DNA from: Oopsacas minuta
Lineage: Eukaryota > Animalia > Porifera
DNA length: 64,000 bases
Assembly: GCA_024704765.1 (NCBI GenBank)
Contig: JAKMXF010000055.1
Coordinates: forward strand, 1 to 64,000
Reading direction: 5' to 3'
Position numbers and translations under genes: made by a program. The notes below the pieces were generated by a model. That model did not search any database. It had not been told where the DNA came from and was given only the letters and a program-made list of their open reading frames with translations. The stretch's first letter is position 1, and every line of letters begins with the position of its first letter. Shown piece by piece: positions 12,860-24,970 of the stretch.

Positions 12860-14200
12860 GTTGATCAGGACGACTAGTGGAGGCAACAAGATGACTGCTG
12901 GAGGCTATATGTATACAGTACATAGGAGGATTTGAGATATGTTGCAGTGGCAGTACGAGGAGAGGGGAAGCTGTAAGGCGAGGATTCACACCAAATGTAC
13001 AGAGATAGTAAAGCGCACGAGTGAACATACTCATGCGCCCGATGAGCAGGGTGTGAGCTGCTGCGAGACGAAGGTAAGTGTCAAGAGGTAAGCGCGGGAG
13101 TCCCAGGATAGCGCACACCACGTAATGGGCGAGGTTTACGGACAACGTCAGAGGTACTGCTGCCTAACTACCCAACCCGGACAGCCTGAAGCGGACAATA
13201 CAACGCCAACGTGCTAGCGTACTTACAACACCAGTACAGCCTACCAGTCTAGTCTGGAGAATACTATTCACGAACTAGAGTCTTCAAAGCTTCCTCACTC
13301 TGATGGGACCTCCTTCGCTTGGTTGGTGGCTTCCCAGCAAGGTAGTTAGCATACCGCCTCTCCACTAGGCCTTGCTCACGTTTGAGGGCTAAGATGAACT
13401 TCCATATGGTGGGGTGATGTCAGCCGACAGTGGCATTGAAGCTGCGGTGCCATGTTTCTACTGCGTTGGTTGTACGAAGGTGGTTTAAAGGCGTGCCGAT
13501 GTGGTTGTTCCACAGGTGAAAAGGGGACGTCGCAGCTATATGGATGCCACCGGGTAGTATGCGACCGATAGACGACCTATCAAAGTAGTCGACTAGTTCG
13601 CCTATGTCATGGATAAGGGGGAGGTTCAGTGCCACTTGGTTAAACAGATCGGTATGTCTGCTGTCGGACAAATGCAATGGCTGGTATCTTCCGTATGCCC
13701 ATAGCCAGCTCTTCGTCATGTGTGTAGGTAGACTGCAGCCCTACAGCCTACACATGGCGCCATATATTATGTGTGAGGTGGAAGAAGCAACACTCGCTAC
13801 TGTGTTGGTCCAGACATGCTCAAAGCTGGTGATCGCGCCCTTCTCAAAGTCTAGGACCATCTGTTGAGGCTGAGCAAGGGGCACAGTAGGAGGATCTGTT
13901 CCCGCATCCTCAGGTAGGCAGCCTCCGTCTTGTTTGGCAGTAGCACGAACAAGCTCGGTAACATATGACCAGCCTTCATGGGATCATCTCCTCCACGGGG
14001 TCTATGCACCACATACACCGGACGAAGAGGGGAGGTGCCGTCTTGAAGGTGAAGAATCTGTGTACATCTTCCGCACCGAGTCGTAGAGTAAGAACTGTTC
14101 TCCCATGGCTGTCTGCTGGTATACTGTTGGTAGAGCTAGCTCTGCCATACTATAAGACGAAGTTCCATTCAAAGTGCAGACACCATCTCAGCCTGAGAAC
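12860..14200. mobile_element. FLYWCH-MULE (Mutator-like) transposase relic with an internal inversion (~13250-14148)
   Basis: Plus strand: FLYWCH GGYMYTVHRR..LQW..ERGSCKARIHT..SEHTHAP, then LPNPDSLKRTIQRQR. Minus strand: ELALPTVYQQTAMGEQFLLYDS, LVDYF, RTTNAVETWHRSFN, HPTIWKFILALKREQ. Confidence 0.85.
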
Positions 14201-15007
14201 GGTTGTTAAATTTCAATTTTATTTAGCAGTTAAATAAGTTTGTTTCGATATAATACCCTAGATTTCAACATGTTAATCCAGACTGAAATGATGTTCTACT
14301 CGCTATAAGAACTCCATCCTAGTGGCGCACAAAGGGCCGAAGAGGTCACAACTAGGGGCCAAAGCGGCCGAGGAGGCAGAAGTTGGGTTCATGCCCAAAT
14401 TAAATTCAGAAAGGGCGTCCTATCTGTCCTTGTGGCCTGCAGGAGGTTGGGAAGTCGGACATATTATTGTGAGTTCAATTCTTTTGTTGATATAAGTATA
14501 CATATTAATCTGACTAAATCGAACAGAATACCGAAAAATTACATTTCTAACAATCCTGAATTTAGTATTAATTTATTATTTTTTGATCGAATATTGAAGT
14601 AGTGGCTCTAAACAGAATATCCTCGAAATTTTCTATTGCAAAAGAAAATCCCTAAATGAATATTTGATAATCCCACATAAGAGACGCTAATTTTGTGGAA
14701 GGGGTTGTGTTTTTGAGCGTTTCCTTACTTTTACTTAGGACTATACCCCTGGTTGAAAATGTATTAGGTAATCCAAATTGTACTACCTCTTGCAGGCAAA
14801 GTCTGCTATAGAGGGGTCTGGGGAAATTTGACCTTAAGGAGCAAGATATCATTAAAACTATCAACTATAGTGCTATGTAATTTTTACAGCATGTTGTAAA
14901 CATGTAGTAGATACTATATATAGTGGCGTATCAAGGGGAGGCGGTGTGAGGTGGTTCGTTCCGGTTGCCACTCAAAGGTGGGTGCCAACCTTGACTGAGA
15001 GAGATTC

Positions 15008-15530
15008 AGTCTGTCCAATAATTATTGCAACACCAGGGAGATTTCTTTGTGTAACCCAGAAACAATAAATATGAAAGTATATGATCTAGTTTTTTGTCTA
15101 CTTGTAGAGAATACACTAAAGATTAATAATTGATCTTATTTCCATCGTTTTCTACGACCATCTGACATCTACGCGTTATAGACTTCCAATAGGGTTCTAA
15201 GAATTTGGATGTGAGAGAATCCCAAATTGCTTGGATACACTTTTCAAGCTCAGCTAGTGATTTGCATGTTGTGTTTTCAACTTGATTTTTCAACCAGCCG
15301 AATGATTTTCTATTGGATCAAGGTCTAGTGATCGACTGGGCCATTGAAAGACATTATTTGGTATTTTTCTGGGATCCATTGTTGAGCTAATTTTGAATGG
15401 TGCTTTGGATCATTATCCTGGACGAGAAACCATCTATTTCCGTGGAAAGCCTCAGCCTGTGAAAGAAGATGCCATACAAGGATCTTGACAAAGAATTGTG
15501 TATCCAAATTCTGACAAAATATGCACAATT
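15008..15530 (-). pseudogene. Tc1-like transposase 3' fragment with TIR-like end
   Basis: WFLVQDNDPKHHSKLAQQW motif; TIR-like CAGTCTGTCCAATAATTATTGCAACA at about 15008. Confidence 0.75.
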
Positions 15531-15584
15531 GGTAGGTACCGAAAGACGAAAATGCAGCCCATATGTGTAATTCGGTGAGTGTTT

Positions 15585-16245
15585 AGAAACTCTGTGAATA
15601 TTGGCACAGGTAGATCACTACAATGAGGGACTGGTCGAATAGCAGATTCTAAATTTGGGTAATTCAGCAGGTATCTGTCACTCTTTTTGTAGCCCATAAC
15701 ATTTACCATGGAGAAATAACAATCATCGAAATGATTTTTTGATTCTCTCCAAATCATAGGAATTCCGAAGGGGAGGTGTTTCTCTTTACCCTTACTCCAA
15801 TACCTCAATAATTCCACACATGATTTACAGACCTTATGAGGTGCCCAACTTTTGTCCTGGCCGCCCAGCTTAACTTTGAAATACGCATGGTAAGCTCTAT
15901 TCACAAATTCAATAATATTCTGCATCTGAGGTTTCGGAGTATAGAAACCACAAATATAACAAAAAATGTCTGGAGAATTGAAACACTTTCTTTTCGACAT
16001 ATCAACACAAAAGAATAACAGACTAGTCAAAAACCAATGAACATATATACTATGTACATAATGTTATTGTTGTAATATGTAATCATGATGAATTTTTGGC
16101 AAAAATCGAAATTTTTCTGAAAATGTAGCTATATGGGTGATAAGAAAAAACTGAATATATGTTCAGAATCAACGCACCTAAATTAGTCTAAATCAGGGAT
16201 CAAAATATAATCAACTGCAATATAACATTTTTTTGTAGGCATGTG
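15585..16245 (-). mobile_element. Chapaev3-like (CMC) transposon 5' fragment
   Basis: From ATG 16000: CFNSPDIFCYICG...AYFKVKLGGQDKSWAPHKVCKSC...FGIPMIWRESKNHFDDCYF. Terminus CACATG next to T(T/A)A. The family name is from recall of this motif set. Confidence 0.7.
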
Positions 16246-16559
16246 TTATCTAACATATCTTTGCATGAATAAATGGATTGTTATTACTTTGTTTGACTAA
16301 TAGTTTCAAGTTGGCCTGAAATATGGACGAGGCCCGATTTTTTGGCCCACCCGGTATATATACAATATGCTTACTTTGATATATCGTTTACAATACAGAT
16401 AATAGGTGTGACAACTTCAAACTCCGCCCCCGGCACCAAGGTTGCTTGACACGCCACTGACTATATATGTAATAGTTGATATTTCATCAATGTTTACTAA
16501 TAATGTACCCACTTTGGCCTTATGCTCCCAGTGGTTTGAGGCCAAAATTACATGATGCT

Positions 16560-17060
16560 AGCCAAAATGGAAAATATTCAGAAAATATTCATGATAGACC
16601 TCCAAAAACTTCCCAAGAATACGGGAAAACATTGAAATTCGTGGGTGTACTTTCCCCTTCGCTCCTTCCCTACCTTCAACTTGTTTTGTGTAAAATTACT
16701 CAGCTTCAGGTTCAAGTTTATCAGTATTAATGAGAATGGGGAGCCTGGAAATTCTACCAAACATTGCTTGAAAGGGTGGGTAATTGGTTGAATCTTGAAT
16801 TGATGTGTTGTACGCATAAACAATGTCTAATATTTTACATCCAGGTACTTTTTTCTCTCGGAGTACATCCCCAATTTAGTATTCCATGGTTTGATTGAAT
16901 ATTTCATCTAAGCCACTGCCTGTTGGTGATATGCTGTCCCAAGTCTATGATTTATCCCCAATTCAATTCAATTCCATTATTCAAATTGTTGTATAATTCA
17001 TCCCTGGTATTATCGCAATAGTATCCTAGAACATTCCTCTCTACTAGTACTAATGATAGT
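16560..17060 (-). pseudogene. Ginger/GIN1-type integrase relic
   Basis: Frameshift-joined GINHRL...GLDEIFNQTM...IVYAYNTSIQDSTNYPPFQAMFGRISRLP. Confidence 0.7.
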
Positions 17061-17084
17061 ATCACTTTAGTTAGTATTATAGTA

Positions 17085-18820
17085 ACTCTTTGATTAGGCT
17101 TCAGAGTATTCTTAGATTATGCCTGCATGTTCATTAGATTCCCACTATTGGTATTGGTAGTTAGATATATTACACTGGCGACAAAGATTGTTTTACTCGA
17201 TGGCAACTCGACAAAGAACATTTCGTGAATTTGATAATAGTGAGGGAGACTGGGCTTATACAGAACGGCTTGTGCATTATTATGTAGCTAATGAGATTGA
17301 ATCGGAAGAAAGGCGGAGGGCTATACTACTCAGTTGTTGCGGCCCACAGGCTTATTAATTTGTTAGGAACTTGCTTGCTCCAGAAAGCCAGCTGACAAAA
17401 CCTACACCGAGATAGTACAGTTGGTAGGCCTCATTTTAATCCTAAACCTTCGATAATAGTGCAGAGGTATATACTTCACTCTTGTTCCCGTAGTCAACCT
17501 GAATCGGTGGCTACTTATGGGGTTAGGCTGAAAAGACTTTCAGAACATTGTGGATTGGGTGAAACGCGGCAGGACCTGTTACGTAATAGTCTGGCATGTT
17601 GTATAAACGATGCAGGTATCCAGCACAGGTTAATTTCTGAACTTGAGTTGATGTATAAGAAGGCATTAGACATTGCACTAGGCATGGAATCCGCAGAACA
17701 GAAGGCTAAGAATCTTCAATCCCAGAGGAAGGGATTCACATAATCGAAGCTTCAGCCAAGCGCGGGGCTCAAGTTGATGAGACAGTCAGACTGAGAACAT
17801 CTAATAATGAAAACCTAGGTTCAGGCTATGTCTTCCCCATGAATTCTTCGAATCGATGTCATGCAACACTACGTGGTCACGGTTGTTTGTGTTACAGATG
17901 CGATGGAAGGCATCAATCGAAGCACTCCAGTTTAAAGAGGCGACGTGTTATAATTATACTATACGGGGGCATTTAGCTAAAGTTTGCCGAAGCTAGTCGG
18001 GGTCCGAATCTACTTATGGGCTTACTGGTCGGAGAAATATTCATTACTCAGGCCATGACAATGAAAACACCAATCACGAGCCTGAATACAGCCTATACAA
18101 CATTAGCGATCTAGTCGCTGATCCTCTAAATGTTAAAGTTCTGGTGTGTGGTATCGAATTTTCAATGGAAATCAATACGGGAGCAACTAAATCAATAACG
18201 AGTAAGATGACATTCGATAGTCTATGGCCCTCTTCAAATGCTCCCCCGCTCAAAATAACAGTCACTCGACTAAGAACCTATACAGGTGGGACTATCAAGG
18301 TAATCGGTGAAGTGGTGGTTGAGGTAACGCTAGACGGTCAACAAGAAAGACTTTGCCTGTTAATCGTAGATGGCGATCGCCCGAGTCTTTGGGGAGAGAC
18401 TGGTTAAGGAAGCTGAGAATCAATTAGTGTCAACTGAACTAAATTCACCATACCGAAGAGTTACAGAGCATTTTGGACAACCATTCGACGGTGTTTAAGG
18501 AAGAGTTGGGTCTTATAGGAGGTATACGAGCGAACATCTTCGTCCATCTTATGCCACCCCCATTGATTTTTTAGGTAAGGACAGTACTTTTCGCATTCCC
18601 CGGGAAGGTGGAACAAGAAATAATTCGACTACAGGAACAGGGAGTAATCGAACCTGTACGCTTCGCCGATTGGATAGCTCCAGTAGCACCGGTGATCAAG
18701 AGTGATGGAGTTCGTTTATGTGGTGATCATAAAGCCACTTTGATTAAGCTTCAGAGTATTCTTAGCTTATACCTGTAATTGCTTATTCATTAGATTCCCA
18801 CTATTGTTATTGATAACACT
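17085..18820 (+). mobile_element. Gypsy/Ty3 (Mag-like) LTR retrotransposon relic: partial LTR, PBS, gag, protease, start of RT, deletion, partial LTR
   Basis: ~75-bp direct repeats at about 17085-17160 and 18735-18815. LTR end ...TTACA followed by PBS-like CTGGCGAC (17175). Gag from ATG 17200 (AILLSCCG..Y, HFNPKPSIIVQR), CYRC knuckle, protease MEINTGA...LRTYTG, RT start VIEPVRFADWIAPVAPVIKSDGVRLCGD. Confidence 0.88.
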
Positions 18821-18829
18821 GGGCAACAT

Positions 18830-19060
18830 CAAATTTATTCCTCAAATGAAAATATATTACCTAGACTAACTTTGGGATGATGATTCCAAATCTGAAATCA
18901 GAATTGGTCTATCACGTCAGGATTTCAAGATATGAAAATTCACGAAATTCGGATTTTGCATTGATTAGCACTATAAAATAAGGTACTATACAGTACAAGT
19001 TAGGCCTATTGTACAATTTTCTTTCCCAGCGAATTGTTGGTCAACAATGCATATTATGTA
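18830..19060 (+). pseudogene. Non-LTR (RTE-like) post-RT fragment
   Basis: SEIRIGLSRQDF..MK...KVLYST resembles the RTE C-terminal RT region. Confidence 0.5.
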
Positions 19061-19152
19061 CGGTTAATATTAACATTATTTTGTAAATGTAATGTTCTAT
19101 CTTTCGANACTTAAGTTCATCTCGTGTATCAAATTCTCCTCTCTCGGAATCA

Positions 19153-19725
19153 TTGATATTTCCAGATTTTTCACTGGAGACTAACACAGTTATAACAGCG
19201 GGTCCTATTCCAACGCACTGCTCATCGGATTACCATTCATACAGCTGTGAATCTAGCGATTCTGCATTTAATTTATCTATTGAATCATCCGTCCATGAAT
19301 CTACCTCTTTGAAATGTGAGCATAATCTGAACAAGATTGACATGGGAATCAAGATGAAGCCTTTTCACTTATGTTTGAATCGAGTAATTATTTCTGCAAA
19401 GAAAAATCGTCGTAATCCATATTCTAAAATGGAATTACGAAAAGCCCATCCAAGAAGTATATTTAGAAACCAGAATGATGAGAATATTTTTAAAGATGTT
19501 TTTTCTGATTTAATTTCGCGTGTAGCTAGCAAAGTCAATGTATCTAAGAGCGATATTTTGGAACGAGCTCACACATGCCATCAGTTCTCTCCAATTCTTT
19601 CAGTACTATATGAAAGTTATCCAGAACACACTGTGAATACAAAGATGATCAAAAAGGTACGTACCTTAGGGATACCTTCGTGCAAGAAGATTATTGACAA
19701 GGTCCACACAGTTAGCCGTTCTTAG
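19153..19725 (+). CDS. Hypothetical protein (190-aa ORF, Ser-rich N-terminus, basic helical C-terminus)
   Basis: A 573-bp open frame is long for this AT content. No motif recognised. Lies just after N19108, so it may be a partial exon. Confidence 0.4.
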   Translation: MIFPDFSLETNTVITAGPIPTHCSSDYHSYSCESSDSAFNLSIESSVHESTSLKCEHNLNKIDMGIKMKPFHLCLNRVIISAKKNRRNPYSKMELRKAHPRSIFRNQNDENIFKDVFSDLISRVASKVNVSKSDILERAHTCHQFSPILSVLYESYPEHTVNTKMIKKVRTLGIPSCKKIIDKVHTVSRS

Positions 19726-20779
19726 CCCTTAAATTGAAATATTTACCTTTTCTACATTAATAATTTTATGCTAAAATATTCTGATAATTGAATCATATAA
19801 TCTTTTTCAAATTTTGAATTATTATCTTTTTTACACTTTTTCGCATATTACATACCGTAAATAGGGGATACTTCGTCCAACGGGGGTTGTCTTAGACTAG
19901 GTATTGAAGTTTTTAAGAAATTTAAGGGCCTAATGAGACATATAAGGTGATATCTTGACATATTATGTGCGATTGGGACATAAGATGCAATTGGAATATA
20001 GCAAGAGCTAGAGATTAGTTTTTATCATGTGTATAGAAAGTGATAAATTGTAATATCTAAATGATATCTCTAGAAACTCTATGTGATAGGTGTCAAAATG
20101 TCATCTCTAACACGTTTTAATTAGAATGTAAAAAAACGCCAAGATTGCGACCTCTAATGTAGCCCAGGCAGCAAGATAAGGGGTGAGCATATTTTGGAGA
20201 ATTAGATTACCGTAATATATTGACAATAGGAAATGGGCAGAATGATCATGATAATGGCAGACCTTGAAATGCTCCCATAATATTTATCATCGTTTGACAG
20301 TTCTATATTGTTTTGAAAAATTCTTACACTACACAGAATGGTTTATAAGCAGCCCACTAGCTCATCTACCCACCGGAAGATATCCGTTCTCCCCCGTAGG
20401 CCAGTCAATCCCTGATATCAGGATATAAAAAGTTATAACAGGAAAGTAATAGTGCTATTGGACATTTAATGTGGTAACCGGACATCAAAGTGCGGGCGGG
20501 ACTTTTATGGTGCTTTACCTTTGGAATATACTGTGCTATCGGGAGATTTCAAGTACTATTAGGAAATATATGTTGCTTACCAGACATAAATGTTGCTTTT
20601 TTGGGTATCTAATGCGCAAACGGAACATTTAATGTATTTGGGACTTTATCGTGCTACGGACTCAAAAGGTGTTTCGTTTTGGGACATATTAGGTGATATC
20701 GAAACACTGTAAAGGCTTTTGGGAGATGTGATGTTTAAACAGGACATTAATGGTGCTGTTATGACCATGTACGGATTCA

Positions 20780-20990
20780 AATCAGAATTTATTCCTTTAA
20801 TTCGCATTCCGACGTCAAATTTTCGGACTTTCTCATTCAGCCATTTAATTCCAGGAATCAAGTACTAATTCCCATTCTCATTCCTTGACATCAGAAATTA
20901 TTCCCATTCTCAGCCCTTTAATTACAGGAATTATGGACTTATTTCCTATTCCAAGGAATCAGAATTTATTCCCATTTTCAGCCCTTTAAT
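20780..20990. repeat. Degenerate minisatellite (aattattcccattctcagccctttaat-like units)
   Basis: Recurrent GGAATC, ATTCCCATT(C/T)TCA and CCTTTAAT words. Confidence 0.6.
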
Positions 20991-21049
20991 ACTCTCGATA
21001 TGACAATAATTATAATTATTTTTTGATGATTATTATTATTCATACTATT

Positions 21050-22950
21050 GAGATAGAATCTTCAAAAATCTGAAGTAGAAATTGCTGAGTTAAAATAATT
21101 GATATCGCGGTTCTATATTCTGATCATAATGGCTTAGTTATCCTTTTGTATCATAAGCAAGGATTTCTTTATTTGGCTAAATGTGTGTTTTCGTAGCCTG
21201 AGCTCATTATGGATTTCCAGTCTATTTCTATTTTTGTGTGTATCGTCAGGACATCACTGAACGCTCTCTTAGCTAAGTAAGTTTTTGCGAAAGGTAGAAT
21301 GCATTATTTCCGAGCGATAGAAGATAATGTCTTCGCTATGATGTCCTATTCAACCCAGAAGCAAATGTATCCCTTTCTATCGAATGATTGTTTTGCTTGC
21401 GTATTCGTTTGTAGTCCTATTAATTCCTCTTCTGTTCCGTTTGATAAATATGAAACTTCTTCTGGTCTCGCTAGCAAAGGGTCAATCATACTTGCTAATA
21501 AGCCGGCGTATTGAATCTTGTCAAACCCTTGCAAAATTTCACCTTCCAAATTATGCATATGAGCAAGGATAGTTCAATGCAATCTGTTGGTACCAAATCT
21601 GCAACAATTTCACTAATTAGAGGAAACATAGATAGCTTATTTTTTTTGACCTTGCTAATCCAGTATACCAATCAAGCCATGAGTGCGATCATTGGCTTAA
21701 CTGTTTCAATTATCGTGATATTTTGTCCTTGGATTCTTAGAATATAGGTGTATATATGGCAAAAATATTTGGTAGATAAGCAAAATATATGAAAAATTAC
21801 TATCACCACTTTCAAAATACCGCAAAAATTATTAGCATCAATTTCTCTGACAGGAAATTGTAGTTCAAATAACCTCTTTAATACACAACCTCGCAATAAC
21901 CAACGTACTTATGTGTGAAGTGAGTGTTTTGTGTTCCTCATCGATGCATAATTCGATAAATTTAATATTGTTCAGTGGCCTTGACTTAAATGAATAAAGG
22001 TAGCAAATTTTTTGTAGCCTGACTGTACATCATTTATAATCGGAGAAAGCCTCTTAGTTCCCAGCGCTAGTCGATGCAAAAGTAATGAAAAATTGCAATT
22101 TGGGGCAATTGGTTTCATCCTGGCTAAGAATCCTCTATAAACACCCATCATGGAAGCAGACCATCTGAACATCAAACTACGAGTTTTTGAAATCCAAATC
22201 GTGAATATGAAAAATCCATAATTTATCCGAAGATATCTTCTCCTCTCGTTGTTGTGGATAAATTAACAGAATGCAAAATATCCAATTTTAAACTGTTTTC
22301 ATTCATGTCTAGGGATCGAACAAATACTAGTAGAGGGACTCACTTGCAACTGTAGTACTTTCACCAGTTGGATTGAAAAATTCAACTCATTCAACAAATC
22401 CGACTATCATGTACTTTTTGGATGAGTTGATTCTCTCAGTCCACAGCCATTACATCGATTCTTCTCTTCACTGTACCATTTGAAAGAGGAATGGATTTGA
22501 TCATTGGTGCAGCGCTTTCACTGAACATTGTCCCAACGGTATCAGTGCAACATGGTATAAATACTTCTTCTGCTATATAATGAGGTTGACTGAACTTCGC
22601 AATTGCCAGGCTTACATTGAATGATATAATACCGGCATTGTCTACATCTATTGCATTTTTGGTGAAGAGATTAACTATATTCGCTCATTGGTTCGAGAGA
22701 TGGAGCTTCTTTTCTCATAAATAAACTATTGTTTTTAGAAATAGTCGCAGTATAGTTTGTGTGTTGGTGGCGGATCAGTTTAAAAAGTTTTATTGACTCG
22801 TTATTCAGCATCTCACTCCACTAGATACAAATTGGTTTTGTTGTTGGAAGAGTTTTAGAAGGAATATATTCAAGCATAAGCTAGTCCTTATTATACTTTG
22901 TTTGCTTCATTGCACCATTATTAGATCGTTTTGTTATAGTGAATTCACTT
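21050..22950 (-). pseudogene. hAT (Buster/ZBED5-like) transposase relic
   Basis: VSLAIAKFSQPHYIAEE..IPLSNGTVKRRIDVMA, ASMMGVYRG, LLHRLALGTK, LRIQGQNITI, EEELIGLQTN..FW, CILPFAKTYL. Confidence 0.85.
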
Positions 22951-23073
22951 GTTAACAGCGAGCAATAGTTTGGAAATATATATAACATAATACGGAGTGG
23001 CATTTATACTTAAATATTACCAAAAAGTATATATTTATGACACGAATATTGCAAACTGACAATTCTTAGTTTA

Positions 23074-24379
23074 CAGGGGTCCAATAAGTTCTGGCACAGA
23101 ACTTTATATCGTGCCAAAATCTTTTATAGTTTAGATTGATTGACGTTACTGGTTTGTATTTATTCTGTTATCTCTCGCAACACAATATTTATTGAAAAAT
23201 ACACTATTTGAAAATCAGGAACAAATTATCAGCTATGGAGAAAGAACGGTCAGCGATTGTTGAATTATTTCAAAAAGGGAAAACAAAAGGAAATAATGAA
23301 ACTTTTAAAAATTCACAAGACACGTCGGAATTTCGTAATCCGTACGATATAACGCTTCAATGGGACTGGTGGCGTGATGGACAGAGCCAGAACTGGTCGC
23401 CCGGTCTCCATCAACGAGTGTAAAGATGCGAAAGGTAGTGCGGAGTCGAGTATGGCGAAATCCTCAGCGATTGATCAGAAAAATGGCTAAAGAACTGAAA
23501 ATATCCCGTGGATCTCTTCAAACGATTGTCAAGAGAGACTTAGGGCTATCATCGTTTAAGAAAAGGAAAGTCCATTTCCTTTCAAACAAGATAAAGACAA
23601 AGAGGCTCTCAAGAAGCAAAGCCCTCCATAGACGATTCGCAGCCCAGGGACTGGATCAAGTCTTTTCTCCGATGAAGAACTTTTCACCGTTGAACAAGCA
23701 TTCAATCGTCAAAACGATAGAATATTATCTAAAGCACTTCTACTATCCCTGATGAGTATAGGTACGTCAAAAGAGTCCAGGAACCACTCTCGTTGATGGT
23801 TTGGGCTAGAGTATCTTCTGTTGGCCTGACACCACTGGTTTTCGTCCCTGTACGGGACAAAATAAATGCTGCAACGTATAAGGAGCTCATTTTACAGCCC
23901 ATTGTGAAAGATCTTGGAGAGATGATGGTTGAAAACCAGCCGTTCATTTTCGAACAAGACGGTGCTCTTGCCCATTACAACAAATAGTACTCAGGAGTGG
24001 CTTCAGACAAACATTCCGACTTTATCTCTAAGGTAGAATGGCCACCGTCTAGTCCAGAACTCAACCCTCTAGATTTCTCATTGTGGTCCACTTTAGAGTC
24101 AAGATTGCTCGAAGTCCCATAACAGTATTGAGTCTCTAAAGAAATCTCTGACGAGAGAATGGGCAAAAATCCCACAGGAGATGCTGCATACCGCAGTATG
24201 GGCAGTCCCCGGGCGTCTGAAGGCTGTTATCAAAAGAAAGGCAGATACATAGAATAGAGATTGTACACAATAAAACTCATAAATGCCTAACTACTTATGC
24301 TAAAATATCAACTCAATATAATGAATATTGGTTAAGTTATAATAGTTTTTCTATGTGCCAGAACTTATCGGCCACCCTG
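23074..24379 (+). mobile_element. maT/DD37D-like Tc1/mariner element, frameshifted
   Basis: TIRs CAGGG(G/TG)..C.ATAAGTTCTGGCACA at both ends; TA on the left only. Motifs FSDEELFTVEQ, LMVWA, FEQDGA, EWPPSSPELNPLDFSLW. Confidence 0.85.
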
Positions 24380-24649
24380 TTGAATGTAATAATTATTCTA
24401 CAGCATCCCTGTATCTAACGATGGTATTGATTAACATATAGCACTTATAATAGCTCTATGACTCAGTTCAACACTCCGAAAACATACTGAAAAGTTGCAT
24501 AAATAGAATAATTCAAATATATCAATCTTGATTTAATACCATCAACATCATCCAATAATATAAACATTGTCTAAGGAGAGTAATTATATGTTGAATGCTT
24601 GTCTAAAAATATATATGATCCTTCAAATTACATAGATGGGCATTCATGC

Positions 24650-24970
24650 TAAATGAAATCCGAGATTTCGGCGAGACACTACGGCCCCCTTAAAATCCAT
24701 ACAGATCTCAGGTTGAGAACCACTGCTCTAGATGTTGCATTGTTGCCAGTTGCAAATTCTGTGCTTAAATTGCTGGATGTAAGAGAAGAAATTGTGAAAG
24801 CTAGGATTCGAAGTCAACTCTGCAGCTATTACATCCTTCCAGCGTAAAGTGGCTAAACCATTTATTAATGACTTCGAGAACAACATTATGAGCCGATTTA
24901 GATCTCAAGACGTGGTGTCATCATTCAGCATTTTTGATCTAGTAAAATGCCACCATTTGAATCACCAGGA
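24650..24970 (+). pseudogene. hAT (ZNF862-like) transposase fragment
   Basis: KPFINDFENNIMSRFRSQDVVSSFSIFD resembles the hAT C-terminal region. Confidence 0.45.

Larger units (their letters stand above)
14921..16459. mobile_element. Non-autonomous hAT element (1,539 bp) containing fragments of other transposons
   Basis: TIRs (T/C)AGTGGCGT(A/G)TCAAG; perfect 8-bp TSD ACTATATA at 14913-14920 and 16460-16467. Confidence 0.9.
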
